From Utricularia gibba (taxonomy: Eukaryota > Plantae > Magnoliophyta), in contig CM007992.1 of assembly GCA_002189035.1 (NCBI GenBank), forward strand, positions 372,001-436,000: a stretch of DNA of 64,000 nt. The letters run 5' to 3'. Shown piece after piece: positions 12,719-25,927 of the stretch. The translations under genes and the position numbers were made by a program. The notes below the pieces were generated by a model. The model was not told the DNA's origin. It did not search any database and was given only the letters and a program-made list of their open reading frames with translations. Positions within the stretch are counted from its first letter, which is position 1, and each line of letters opens with the position of its first letter.

Positions 12719-13714
12719 ATGGGTTCCGTGGCGGTGGAGGAGGATCCGATCGTCGCCGCCGCTGAGAAGAAGCTGGTGCTCGACCTGTCGCCGTTCATCA
12801 AGGTCTACGACGACGGGAGCTTCGACCGCCTCTCCGACGCGCCTTATGTTCCTCCCATCCCGAGGGATCCTACCACTGGGGTGTCTTCTAAAGACGTGGA
12901 CGTTGCTCCTCCGGTGAGGATATTCCTCCCTGAGATAATCGATCCGGGGATGAAGCTCCCCATCCTGCTCCACTTCCACGCGGGGGGTTTCATGGTGGGT
13001 TCCATATTCTCTGCCGTGGATCTGCAGTATTTGAATGCTTTGTCGTCTCGAACGAACACTCTCATCGTCGCGGTGGAGTACCGGCTCGTCCCGGAATCCC
13101 GTCTTCCGGCGGCGTATGATGACGCGCTCGTCGCCCTCAATTGGGTCTGCTCACACGCCGTTGACGAACCCCACGTGGTGAAAGATCCCTGGATCTCAAA
13201 CCACGGCGATTTCACCAAAATATTCATCGACGGCGATAGCGCCGGCGCCAACATCGCCTACAACTTAGGGACCCGTCTCCGTCCACTGGCTCTACCGGGA
13301 AACCTGGAAATCTCCGGGCTAATCGTATCACACCCCATGTTCTGTGGTTCAACCCCAATCGGAAAAGAATTCGAAGGCGACATTCAACAGGATCTGAGAT
13401 ACCAAGTATGGTCATTCTGTTACCCCAATGTCCCCGGCGGAATCGACAGCCCATTAATCAACCCCCTCGTCGACGACGACGCATCTCTTTCCTCAATGGG
13501 TCGCCCCAAAACTCTCATCGCCGTAGCAGAAAATGACATTTTGAAACTCAGGGCGATGGCCCTAGCAGAGAAGCTGCAGAAAAGTGGGAAGGGAGGAAGC
13601 GCAGAGATCGTGATGAGCGCCGGAGAAGGTCACTGCTTCCATGTGTTCAACCCCCACTCTGAAAAATCGGTGGAACTGTTCGCTAAGTTTACCGCATTCA
13701 TCCATTCCTCTTAG
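12719..13714 (+). CDS. Plant carboxylesterase (CXE, HSL-type alpha/beta hydrolase; 2-hydroxyisoflavanone dehydratase-like family), intronless
   Basis: 331 aa ORF with H-A-G-G-F oxyanion motif, VEYRLVPE, GDSAG nucleophile, AENDIL and GEGHCFH. Confidence 0.93.
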   Translation: MGSVAVEEDPIVAAAEKKLVLDLSPFIKVYDDGSFDRLSDAPYVPPIPRDPTTGVSSKDVDVAPPVRIFLPEIIDPGMKLPILLHFHAGGFMVGSIFSAVDLQYLNALSSRTNTLIVAVEYRLVPESRLPAAYDDALVALNWVCSHAVDEPHVVKDPWISNHGDFTKIFIDGDSAGANIAYNLGTRLRPLALPGNLEISGLIVSHPMFCGSTPIGKEFEGDIQQDLRYQVWSFCYPNVPGGIDSPLINPLVDDDASLSSMGRPKTLIAVAENDILKLRAMALAEKLQKSGKGGSAEIVMSAGEGHCFHVFNPHSEKSVELFAKFTAFIHSS

Positions 13715-16700
13715 CTTGGATTCTCCATACCAAAAAAGAAAGAAATGATGGTGACGTGTGGAGAAGAAGGCGACCAGGTTCCATGAATCGATGGACGTGG
13801 TCCGTATGTTGGTTGTTAGTTTCGTTGGCAGTCACTCCATCCCAATAAAATAAATCATTGTTCTCATTTTAATTTCAATTGAATGAGTATATTTTAATTT
13901 GAAATTTCAAGAGAAATTAAATAAAATTCATGCATCGCACTAACTTTAAATAATATAAATATCCAAGTGGTATATATTTCTAATTATTTAAAAATTTGTT
14001 AAATAAAATAACTAAATATGTATAACTATATTATATAATTATTTAAATCAGATCTATTTATACTAATTTAATTCACCAAAAATATTGATTTCTCGTATTT
14101 ATATCCAAATAACCTAGAGCACGAAAAAAATGATCTTTAGAACTATTTCCATCTTCATAAATTGAAGTTGATCTTTCTCGGCATGCATTTCTCCCATTGA
14201 ATATAAAATGGAAGAAATATAATGAAATAGAATTAAATCTCCTTTAAAATTCTCGGTAAACCCATTTAGTGTTGTTTTGGGCCTTGGGCCCGTTATAATA
14301 CCCAATGATGTAATAGTCTTTGTCTCTGAAGTCAGAACTCGAAGGACTCCCCCCTTTTCGTTTTGTTCGTTGGAAGTAGTTGTGTATTGTTGATATCTCA
14401 GGTAATTGGTGGGTTTTAGAAAGGGATTTTGGAATTGTTCTTGTTCGAGTTTCTGGGATTTGGATGTGTTTCTTGAATTCTTTTGTTAAATTTCGCTCGA
14501 AAGAGAAATTTGGTGCTATTATGATCTGCAGGGCAATCTTTTGGATGCAGTTATCGGGTTTGAAGTTAGCTACCAGATCGGGTAATGGAGGTATGGCGTT
14601 ATTTCCCTCCCTGTCGATTCATCATTCATCGTGTGATCGGACATTGCTGGAAAAGTTTGATATTCATACGAGGAATATAGACGTGTGCGTTGATTTTGTT
14701 TATCACTAACCCTTACATCCAACGTTAGTGAACTGGGTGGCAGGGATTATGGCCCTTGCCCGGCCTTACCATCAGAAACAGTACAATTTTGATGCAGTTT
14801 TGGGCAATGTGGTTGGACAAACAGAGGCATGACGTTTTGAGGGTGTTTAGTGGTGCTCCAAACTACAGAGACAAAGATCACCGTTCCTTGTTGACCATAT
14901 TAGAGTTGGTTTATGCCATTCTTTGCTATTGACTTTTCTTTCGCTGGTCACATGCTTCTGATGATAGATATGCACCTCCTCTGTTCAGCGTGAGCTGATG
15001 TAACATTCTAATACACCATACTGTTTCCTGCTTCCAAGTCTGAGGAGACAGCCCGCACTCTTATTGATGGGCTACGAGTTTCAGCAGACATTATCCACAG
15101 GCAGGATTCCTCCTTCCTTTCATACATGCTGCCACTTATATTCATAGTCTTCCTCAGTTTTCATTCCTTCCCATCCATCTGTGCATTGCAACTCGGTTTC
15201 AAAATCCTTTGCTCGCATGATGTATTCCTGTTTAAAAACAGGATTGGAGACAGCACAGAACTGGTTTTGAGCTGTTCCTGCATCATCCTTATGAGCCTCT
15301 GGCATCCACTCATTGGTTGATCACAGAAAAGAGGCTGGAAGTCGTGTTGGCTTTGATAATGAGGATGTTGTATAACCAATCTGGGTGATGCTGTTGAACC
15401 AAAGACTTCTACTTTGATGGTACGGGAGGTCACAATGCGGGGCATTATGGGGAATTCACCTCCCTTCAGCTCATCATTCGGTCATCAATGACGTCAGCTC
15501 TCCCTAAATTATTAAACTTTTTTTTTTAAAAAAAAACTCTCCCTCTCATCTGACTATATAAATGCCAGAATCAATGTCTCTAATTATAGTACCATTCCAT
15601 TGGCTGCAAGGTGGAAACATCCCCCCCCAAAAACCTTCTTTTTATATTTTTATTTATTAAAAATAGATTAATGGGTTTTAAAATTTCCAACTTTCGTGAC
15701 TAATAACAATTACAAAATATTTAATTAATAATAATTTTTCATTAATTAGTCTTAGTTAATTATGATTAAATATCTGAATTTTACAAATATATATTTAAAA
15801 TATCATATTATTTTAAATAATATAATTAAAAATATATTGAAAATTTTGAAAACACTTTAAAGTAGTTATCATAAATTTATTAAATATAACTAATTCCCCT
15901 GCAGTGCAGATCAAAATATTATATCATTTTAATTAATTTCTTTAATTATTATACCACGTGGGCCCACGCCGACAGCAGCCCATTCGGGCACACCCCCGCA
16001 TGGGCTCATCACACTCACCCACTTCCCCTATACACCATGTTTGAAAAATCCCTTTATTTATGTATTTAAGTTTGAAATAAAAAAATGGAGGAGATTATAC
16101 GACACGTGTACCCTACCCGGGCGTTAAAGCAACTTAGACCAGCAATAATGGACGATTATAATATAAATTCTAGTGTAATCCAAGTAATAATACAACCCCT
16201 GTCCAATTGGATTGAATTTCAAACTTTTGAGATGATATAATATTAAATAATGCGGAGGATGTAAGAAAGTGACACGTGTCATATCAAGGTAAGTAAGTAT
16301 GCCCAAGGTAGGCAGATAACATAATTTAACTCATTATTTTGATTTTAGGAACCCCTAGAAATCCAGCACACGTGAAAATGGACTTTTTTTAAAAAAAAAA
16401 TCGTGATTATTTAATTTAATTAAAATATTTGTCATTAATTCGATTATTTGTTTAGGGAGCGCCACGTGGAGTAAAGAGGCGGGACACGTGGCACTGCTCG
16501 GTAATAAATTCAATGCTGCTGGTGGGCCATCCCCGAATGGTGTGACGTGGCGACGGGAGATTACTTTTAATCACACCCGCATTTTGATATTTTAAAAGTA
16601 ACCCAGGAGAAAAATCAAAAAAGCGTACTGGGCAACAACTGGATAACACGAAAGAAGATTCTAAATAATATATATAAAATAATATTTCCTTGAAAACAAC

Positions 16701-18033
16701 TCCGCGTACCGAATATTTATAATAAAAAAATCCCCTTCTCCTAAACAATAAATAAATAAATAAATTTTAAATAGGGGCCGGGCCCCACACAGTTCTCGGA
16801 AGTTCCGTGACCGTGAACTCCAGCTTTGTTTTTTCCTCCCCCATCTCTCACCGTCGCCTTCGTTTTGATCCAACGGCTCAGATTCGCCCCCGAACCGAAT
16901 CAGGCTCCGCTTGCCAGCTAGGTTTCTTAAATTGCCTAACCTCCACGTCAGCGTCTTATCTAACGGCTCACTTTTTCCACGCCTGGCGTCAACATATCTC
17001 ATCCGTCCAATCTTGGACCCACGTGTCGTCTCTCTCCGCCCCCAATCCCTACCCTAATTATTGCCTGCAGGCCCCCTGGGGGGTTTTTTAGATAAATAAA
17101 ATAAATATTTGTTTAATTTTGGGATGGGTTTTATTAGGTAAAAAAGTAAATGTGGGGGAAATGAATAATTTGACCGGTCGATATTTCTTCCGCGGTGTCC
17201 TGTCCTAGATTCCATGTTAGCTTTCATAAATGATACCTGCAACCGGCTATTCCCGGTCTCCACCCCCTCATTAATTGTTTCTATTATTATATTTATTAAC
17301 CGTTTTTATTATCATCATCATTATTACGAATTGTTGGCCTCTACGTGACTCTCGAGAAATATTGAACCCTAGACGCGACTTATAATATTCTCTGGATGGT
17401 GACTCTTTTTGTTTTTTTCTTGTTTTTTTAATGAAAAATTCCTTAATTTACCAAATTAAGTAGGGGGTTGGGTATGGAACGTGATTTAATATCAATTTAG
17501 GAAAGTTAATTTGTGAGGTAATTTGGGTAGGGGAACAGGTACACCGACACGTTCCGGTGAAATCTGATTTTGGTCGGGTAGAGGGGGAGTGATCCAAGGG
17601 TGGAGAATGAATCCACCGTGGAAACGGATGAATTAGGGCGGTTGATCTGGGAGGAGAATGGACGGATACGATTCATTTGCGTGACAAAGCGGATGCATCT
17701 GAGGGCTCCACGAGGGCTGTGAAAGGGAGCTCTGGGGAGGGGGGCGAGATGGGGAGGGATGATAAGATTGAGAGAGCAGAAAATAAAGGGCTCATTTATA
17801 GGAGGTGGAGAGAGAGGGAGAGGGGTGTGGGTGAGGTGCAGGAGGAGGAAGAGGACGAAAAAGGGAGAGCCGGGTGATACCCATCTCGAGATCCTGGGAG
17901 AAAAGATTTAAAGGTTGCTGTTTGGATTCAACTTGGGGGGTTGTGAATCTGGGTTTCTTTTTTTGGGGTTGTTGTTTTTTGTGATATGGGTTTGTGATTT
18001 GTTCATCTGGGTGGAGATTGGAATCACGGATTG

Positions 18034-21000
18034 ATGGACAGAAACAGGGAAGCCAGAAGGGCTACTATTGTTGGCTCTAATGGCTTCAACAGGAGGAGAC
18101 ATAGGATGAGCAGTCTCAGAGATTCTCCTGGTGGGTATCAGTTTCACAGATCTGGGTTATGTTTCTGGTTTTTTGGAATCAGAGTTTTGATTCTTTTTTG
18201 TTTTTGCAGAAGAAGATGGGGGATTGGAGTTACAGGAATCCTTGAGATTGAGGGAGCGTGTGAAGAAAGATCGAGATCGGGATCGAGATCGAGAGAGGGA
18301 GAGAGACCGCGAAAGGGAAAGAGAAAGAGATTTAAGGGAAAGGTCTAATCGGAGTAAGAGGAGAAGAACGGAGAAGTTAACGAACAACAGAGGCGATATC
18401 GCCGGAGATGAAACTTCCGATGAGAGTGCCAACGATGATGAGGATGAAGAAGATGAAGAACGCGCCGCCGCAGTTGGGGGTTCCGGCGTCAGATTGGTGG
18501 CGCCGCCGGTGGGTTCCATTGCGAACCACCACCATAACCATCACCACGGCGCCGGGTCGCTTGCAAACCTCCAACACAACAGTAATTTTGGACAGAGTAC
18601 CAGTGCTGTGAGCAACAATCATCAACTACAGCATCGGAAGACTTTCCCTCCTGGTTCGTCTGCATCCAAGGTTTTCCGGTCACCGCCAGGATGGAAATCC
18701 GGCGACGAGATGATCGGTGTTTCAGTACCCAGAAAAGCTCGGTCTGGTAAAGAAACAAACCCGATTTCTAGACGTCTTTTTTGTTGTGTTTATTTGGGCA
18801 TTGACCTTTACCTTTTTTGCAGCATCTACAAAGAGGTCGAATGACTGGATTTCAAGCAGCAGCAATAATAACAGCGGGGTGCAGCTTCCAGCAGAGAGCA
18901 AACTCTGCGGCAAGATTCCAGTTCTCCGGCTAGACACGGTCCCGTTCCGTCGGCCGCGGCTGTGCCCCCTCCAGTTTCCCCTTCCTCCAATGCAAAGAAG
19001 CTTGTCCGTTTTCGCAGGCTCTTTTTTTCTAAAATGGATCCATTGTTCCTTCCACTCTTTTCTCACGAGTTTTTCTCGACCTGCAGAAAACGAACGCCAA
19101 CAGCGCCGGCGGCCCGAAGCCTAAACCACCGAAAGCATCTTCAAAGCACAATTCATCGAATCCAGAGGAGCTGGAGATTGAAATCGCCGAAGTTTTGTAC
19201 GGTTTGATGACTCAGTCACATGCGCCTGCAGCCAAGAAAGAAGAACCCAGGGAAGCGAATAGATCCAACGTTGATTCCAAATCAAGGAACTCATCGCCGA
19301 TTTCTAATTCATCTAATCTGAGTTACCCATCTCTGGGGACTAATTCTAGCCCACTTTCTGTGATTGGTGAGGGTTCTGTTTTTTCCTACTTCTTTTCCCT
19401 GCGCGTTTTCGAGTTGTTGATTTCTGTAGTTCTGCTGCAGCTCCGAAGCGGAAGCGGCCGAGGCAGGTTCCTGATAGCTCAGGCTACGGAAACCGGAGCC
19501 TTCCGTCGGCGGATCAACAAGTAAAAGCTGAGGTTTCATCTCCTTTGGAAAAAGCCACTTTAGAAAATGGGAATGAACTGGGGGCCATCTCCGTGGATTC
19601 ACATGAGCCGCTGGAGACCAAGCCATTGGAATCTAGCAAAATGGATTCCGATTTCAAGGAAAGTTCTAAAGAAAAGAGATGTTTTTCCGGAAAGATCGAG
19701 GATAGCAGATCTCCAAGGGAGAAAGAGTCTGTGGCAACGAGAGAGGTGGAGAGTGCTGTGAAGGATTCATCGGTTGCTGCACCGATTAAATCGTGAGTTT
19801 TTGTGTTTAAAGCTGCAACAATATGAGGGAAAAAAAATCTTGATTCTTGGAAGTCAAAGACTTGATTTGTTCAGCATTTTTGGTGTGGGTATGCAGGAAC
19901 TTGCTGGCGACGGAGATGGAAAATCCGAAAGATGCCAAGTTCCAAATAGATCTCATGGTGCGTCTGGGGGAGACTCATTTTTTCGGATATTTTGTCGTTT
20001 CTTTCTTTCCCCCTCCTCGATCTGTATCTTTATCGAGTTTTTCGGTAGGCTCCGCCGCCGCAGGCGAGATCTTCGCCGGAAAGAGACGCCCCAGATGGAT
20101 CCACGGCCAGAGCTGTAAATCCCAAGCATGTGTTGTCTATGGATGTTAAAGTATGTTGTTGATTCTTAAGTGTTCTCCCATGTTTCGGTTTTTTTAACCT
20201 TCTCGAGTCTTTGCAGTCTCTGAAGAAAGTTGACTACGCCGACACGGAGGAAGGCGGGGCGAGAGAGCCCACAGAAGAAGGTGACTCTCAGAAGGTTGTT
20301 GATGATAAGGTGAGACTTGTCGACTTCCAGCTCGATTTGGAGAAGTCCGAGAGAGAAGCAAATTCCGTTTGCAACAAATCGGCGCAGAATACTTCCAAGC
20401 ATACCCAGATGCAGTTCAAGGCCGCCAAAGAAGAAGAGAAATCTGGTACGGTCCTTCCATCTCTCTCTCTCTCTCTCGTCCGTGTAATTCTTGTTGTGTT
20501 TTTTTGGGGAGAAATTTGATGAGCTTTTGGTATTAGGACCATCAGCAGGCGCAGTGCCTCTGCCTTTGTCCATGGCTAGTTGGCCGGGTGGGCTCCCTCC
20601 GGTGGGGTACGTTTCTGGTGTGCTATTCATCGAAGTATCTTTGAATCCGTAATTTTTTTCAACTGTGTGGTGAAAGTCGAATGTACTGTTTCTGCAGGTA
20701 CATGACGCCTTTGCAAGGGGTGGTGTCGATGGATGGAAGCTCCGTTGCTCAGCCACATTTACAGGTACACGTTTGGTGGTTGCTCTCCTTCTGCTCCCAT
20801 TTCTTCGTCTCTTTTGCCCCTTTGTCTTGATCGCTGCTTCTCTGTAGCCCTTGATGTCGCAGCCACGACCGAAGCGCTGCGCGACTCATTGCCACATTGC
20901 TAAGAATATCCAGTTATTGCAACATTTCATGAAGATGAGCCCTTTCTGGGCAGGATCACCGGGTGCAGCATCGTTGTTTGGGACAAAATCTTGCAAGATT

Positions 21001-23655
21001 AATGCTTTGCCTTCTGCGGATTTACAAGGAGGGAACTTGTCTCTCAGAGCTGCTGCCGCGGCCGCGGCCGCTGCTTATAATAATTCCGTGGATAAGGGAA
21101 GCAACGGGGGCGGCGTGCCCAACACGGGGAAGGAGAAAAGTGGTCAGCCTGCTGGCTCTGCCCCTGTAGATTCGAGGAAGCAGCAGATTCTGATTCAGCA
21201 AGCTTTGCCTCCTGTAGCGGCTGGTAGTTTACTGGTATGAATTTCGAGCTTTTGCTGTTTTCAACTTGGCTCAGATTCTTATAATCGCCGGAATTGTTCT
21301 GTGACAGGGCCCGGCTTTTATATTTCCTTTGAATCAGCAATCAGCAGCACCAGCTGCGGCGGCGGCAGGAGCTCATCCAGGAGCAGCGAAACCGTTGCCG
21401 CCTGGGGCTGCTCCCAATGTGTCCAGTGGATCGCCGTCCGTACTGTCGTCTGCAGCTGCTACTATGAGCTTCAACTACCCTAATATGGCTCCTGCAAATG
21501 AATCTCAGTACTTGGCTATTTTGCCCAACAATGGCTACCCTTTCCCAGTACCGGTGGTCGGGGCACCTCCTAATTACCGTGGAACTCCAACCCAGGGAAT
21601 GCAGCTGTTCAATGGGTCGTCTTTCTATTCGTCTCAGATGATTCTACCCTCGCAACTGCAGCAGCCCCGGCTGCGCATGTGGCTCAGTTGCTTCAACCTC
21701 CACCGGGTGCTTCTGCTTCCACCGGTTCGTCACAGAAGATTATGCCGGGCCAACAGTCACGGCCGCAGAATGGTAGTGTTCCTGGTGCCACGGGGAATGT
21801 GAGCATGCACAATTATGGTGCCCACAAGAACCAGCCTTCTCAGCAGCTCCAACAGTCCCATAATGTTGGGGAAGATGATGGTAGAGTAGCTCGGGGCGTG
21901 TTGAATATGTATGGTCAGAATCTGGGTTTGCAGCCGCAGAATTTTACCTTGATGACGGCACCTTCATCTGCCTTGGCCACCGGCGCCGCCGCCGCTGCTG
22001 GTTTGAGCTCCACCACTAGTCATATGGAGAAGAAAGCTTATCAGGTGCAGCAGCAGGGCTTGAAAGCAGGTGCAGAATCTTTGCCACCAAGCTTCGCCAT
22101 GTCTTTCGGCACCAGCATCAATGGAACCACTGCTTGTCAGACTATTGATTTAGCGTCAGCAGCTCAGAATCATGCCATCTTTCAGAGCTCATCGGAGACT
22201 GCTCGACAGAATATCCAGATGATGGCTGGTTCCGGTGTTGTGCAGAAGAGCAATTTCCGAATTTTGGAGGATGCGAAATCTACTGGTGTTGATTCTTCGT
22301 CCAATGGTGATGACAAGAAACTTGGTGGTGGAAAAGCTCATGGTGCTGGCCATTCCATTGCTTTTTCTAGATCGGATTTGCCGGACTCGGTGGTGGTTGC
22401 TCCAGTTCAGGCCAATAATGTGACCCAAAGCTCCAGTCGATCTCCAGTTTTGTCAAGTACCAGCCGCAGCAGCTCACACCCCTCGACAAGCAATTCCGTG
22501 GGCGGTGTCACCATCTCTAATGCTTCGAGCATCCATTCCCAGGTTCAACCTCTGCAGCAGGAGCAGTTTCTGCAACTAAAACAGCAGCAGGAACATCAGA
22601 GGCTGTCCTCAACTCCGGCTAACCGGAGTAAAGCGACTGCGGGTAGCAATGGCAGTACGTATTCAGAGCTGAGCTCGTCTCCGGCCAAGTTTCGAAGTGG
22701 ACTTTCTGGCTGTTTTCTTCAGAATCAGGTTCAGAGCAGCCCTGGGAGCCCCAATCAGCAGTCTCATTGGAAAAACTCTTCGAGGACTCCAACCTCTCAG
22801 GCTCCATCATCTCTTGCTCCTTCGGCGGCGGCTGCAATAAAAAATCTTCCTCCTCAGCAGCACGCACGCCCTTCTCAACCCCCGGTGCTCACCCAGATAT
22901 CATTTGGTGGGAATCAGAAAGCAATGTCTGCAAGTCAAGGGCAAGCAGCTCCCATTACCAGCCAACCTCCCTCTTCAACACCTATGGTGGTTGGATCTCC
23001 TACGACGTCCACCATCTCGAAAGGCGCCGGCGGAAGCCCGCGGATGGCTACATCGGCTCTAACAGGTAAAATTGGCCAGACTACACCGTCAGCTCCGGCG
23101 TTGAAGAATCCACCGTCCGTCACAAGCCAGAAGTCAGCATCAGTTCTCGGTAATCTTCACGTGGCTTCATCGGCGAGTAATGGAGCGAAGAAATATACGC
23201 AGCTTGTCTTTCCGAATCCGTATATGCAGTCTCAATCCCAGCACTCAGCCAGCACAAACTCCAGCACGGGTAGCCCTGGCGGTGGTTATATGTCGAAAAG
23301 GCGCCCTGATCATCAGCAGACTCCACCACCAACTACTTCCGGATCATTGTCCGCCGGGGTGCTCTCATTAAACCCTCCGTTGGCCGGGACTGTTACAAAT
23401 GATCCGGCTAAGGCGATTGCAGCTGCCGCGGCGAATGCCAAAGGTGGAGGAGCGCTATCGTCTCAGGGCATCCTGAATGCCTCGCAGTTTCCTGCTCAAA
23501 CTGCAGGAACTGGATTGTCTGCTGGTTTTTCTTATCTCCATCCGGCGGCAGTTCAGGTGAAACCTGCCGAGCAGAAGCAACCTCCAGGTTCGCTTTCAGG
23601 TGTCATAAACAGAGAGCTTTAAGTTATGGATATACTACTGTGAACAGGGAAATGA
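18034..23655 (+). CDS. TIC: TIME FOR COFFEE circadian clock regulator, multi-exon
   Basis: MDRNREARR start, RD/RE repeat, DEMIGVSVPRKARS, EIEIAEVLYGL, KFQIDLM, PRPKRCATHC, GPAFIFP and terminal QVKPAEQKQP. The GT-AG exon chain was traced to TGA at 23653-23655. Two single-base homopolymer frameshifts (18876-18879, 21665-21668). Confidence 0.95.
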
Positions 23656-25036
23656 CATTTCGAATACTTTCCAGCGTGACAGGAAATGAACGGCATTGAA
23701 GCCGCCCTGATCACACCACCCAGCAAGCACCCTCGACGATGGCTCTCGACATAGGAACGTCGATGATGGGCCGTCGTTGTACATCGCGGACTCAGATGAG
23801 AAGGGGCAGATGCGTTTTGGGCGCACGCGGAAGACTAGAAAGACGGCGCCGGCCGTGCCTTCAAATGCGTAGGTTGATTAATTTGTCTCCTTTGAGCTGT
23901 CCACTCCGTCAAAGATGGGGGAAGTGTAATACGTCTTCCCCTCTTTTTTTCGACTCTTTGGACCAAAAAAAAATCTTTCTTTTCACCATCTGTTCTCTTG
24001 TATCATCATCATCCATCATGCGTTTGTTCTATATTCCTGAAAGCATATTCGGGAACCGAAAAGAATTTCCCAACACTCATCAATATCTTGTCTTTTTCTG
24101 TATATATAATCTTTTACAAGAATTTGAATCTCTTTCATCTATCGTCACTCGAATCTCTTTCCAGATTCAGCTGCTTTCCACCGTGTTCCACTTCAAAGCA
24201 AAAGCTTGAGGATGGCTTCATATGTATATATAACTTCAGAATACATATGAATTGAAAGAGAAAAGGTGATGATGGGGGTCCATGGCGCAATGGGATTATG
24301 AGGAAAGTGGGGCTTGGTGTTCGATCGGAGTGGCAGAGTTCGGTGGGCACACCATGAAAGCATTTGATTGGGAAAGAGGCAGTGGCAAATGGCCCCTACA
24401 CTCATTAACTGTTTGTCCTGCTCCCTGATTGCATTGCTGACACCGCTTAAAATAATTGATTTTTTTCCCACTGCCTCTGTATACACATGGATGAGTGCTT
24501 GTCTCCCGGAGTTTTGTCTGCAGAAAGGAGGATGAAGCTAAGGGGTGGTAGTGGAATGAACTTCTGGTAAACATATGCTTTCAACCCTGGCCTAGTTTGA
24601 TGAAAAGGGAAGCAGTGTTATGATTCATATAAGCTAGCCCATGAATGAAATTCAATGAGGTTCTCCTGCAACTATGAATCATGGAAGAGAAAATGTGTAT
24701 TCTGTGTATCGCCTGTGTGCTTCCATGCATCATATTCCTTCTCCTAAGACCATGGAATCCCCCATATCATATATTCCAGTCATTTCCTCGTCCTAACTCT
24801 CATGGATGTATTCTGCGGACGAGGTTTTCTATGACCAAGCTTGAAGCAGAGACACTAAAAAGAGAAACTTGTATCAGAATCACCTTCAGGACTTGAGAGG
24901 ATCCTGCTGTCACTACTTTACTTTGAGTAGCATTATACACAAGATATGATCACAATGGCTGTAGTGTTTTGGAACAATTGCTTGCTGCTAAAGCCACAGG
25001 AACGTATCATCACATTGAGTTTCATATGCTAGCAAA

Positions 25037-25927
25037 CTATTCAGTCTTCCAAGCATATAATATCAAGGAGAAGCCAGAGCCTAAAAGCTTAGCCTCCGTG
25101 AAGCTCTGAGATAAGCTCCGGCTGTCCAATTCATCGTCAGGCTGTTGGTCTTTGCATATCCTATCTGAATGGAACAGGAAAACTGCATTTCCTAAACAAG
25201 GTCCAAACAACCAGTTATGCACATCCCAGAACACTTCAACAGGGGCACCATCTATCCTGATCAAGCAATTCCCACGAAAGCTCCATTGAAGATGCTTAAT
25301 TTGGATAACTCTTTTCGAGTCAATGCGCATAATGAGCATTGGATCTTGAGTTGAGGTGGAGTCACACTCGATTTTGAGATCATGAAATCTTCCATTGTCA
25401 AAAAACTGAGCTTTGGTGCGGTATACTGTTTTCCCAGAAATGTGTTCTCCTTTTGAGATGAAGGGTGCTTGGCTGGGGAGAAAGGAAGTTGCTCCTGTCT
25501 TCTTGAATGCTTCTTTTCTCAGATCTCCAACTAACAGAAGCATCTCCCCCTTCGAGACAACCGCTATGTAGTATCCATTGATTGGCTCCGGCCCGGATCC
25601 GAATTTTGCCATGGAAACATCCCAGAAGATTTCGATTCTTCTTGAGTTGACTTCTATACTCTTGGACCCTTTACGCTTGGAGAAAATAGAAGGCTTTACA
25701 TCTACTTTAAAGAGGCATTGATGCCATGGATCTTTGATTTCAACACTTAGGCAATGTCCCATCAAATTCCTGCTCCAGATGATACTGATCATACATGATT
25801 TACCCAACAATTTGCAGCCATAAACGGAGGTAGCAGAGTTCTGCGAAACTCTGCCCGGGCCAACTGAACAAGAAGCATCCGCAACCTGAACCCCATTTTC
25901 CCCAAAACAAGAATGGAAATCCCTCAT
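25037..25927 (-). CDS. DUF868 family protein, intronless
   Basis: MRDFHSCFGENGVQVAD start, EIFWDVSMAKFGSGPEP, VEVFWDVHNWLF and C-terminal FSLILYAWK. Confidence 0.92.
   Translation of the reverse strand: MRDFHSCFGENGVQVADASCSVGPGRVSQNSATSVYGCKLLGKSCMISIIWSRNLMGHCLSVEIKDPWHQCLFKVDVKPSIFSKRKGSKSIEVNSRRIEIFWDVSMAKFGSGPEPINGYYIAVVSKGEMLLLVGDLRKEAFKKTGATSFLPSQAPFISKGEHISGKTVYRTKAQFFDNGRFHDLKIECDSTSTQDPMLIMRIDSKRVIQIKHLQWSFRGNCLIRIDGAPVEVFWDVHNWLFGPCLGNAVFLFHSDRICKDQQPDDELDSRSLSQSFTEAKLLGSGFSLILYAWKTE

Noticed and set aside
17715-17740. GAAAGGGAGCTCT resembling miR159/319
   Set aside because: No full mature sequence or partner arm at the expected distance.
24368-24430. miR408-like sequence on the minus strand
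   Set aside because: Several mismatches to miR408 and no well-paired star arm.
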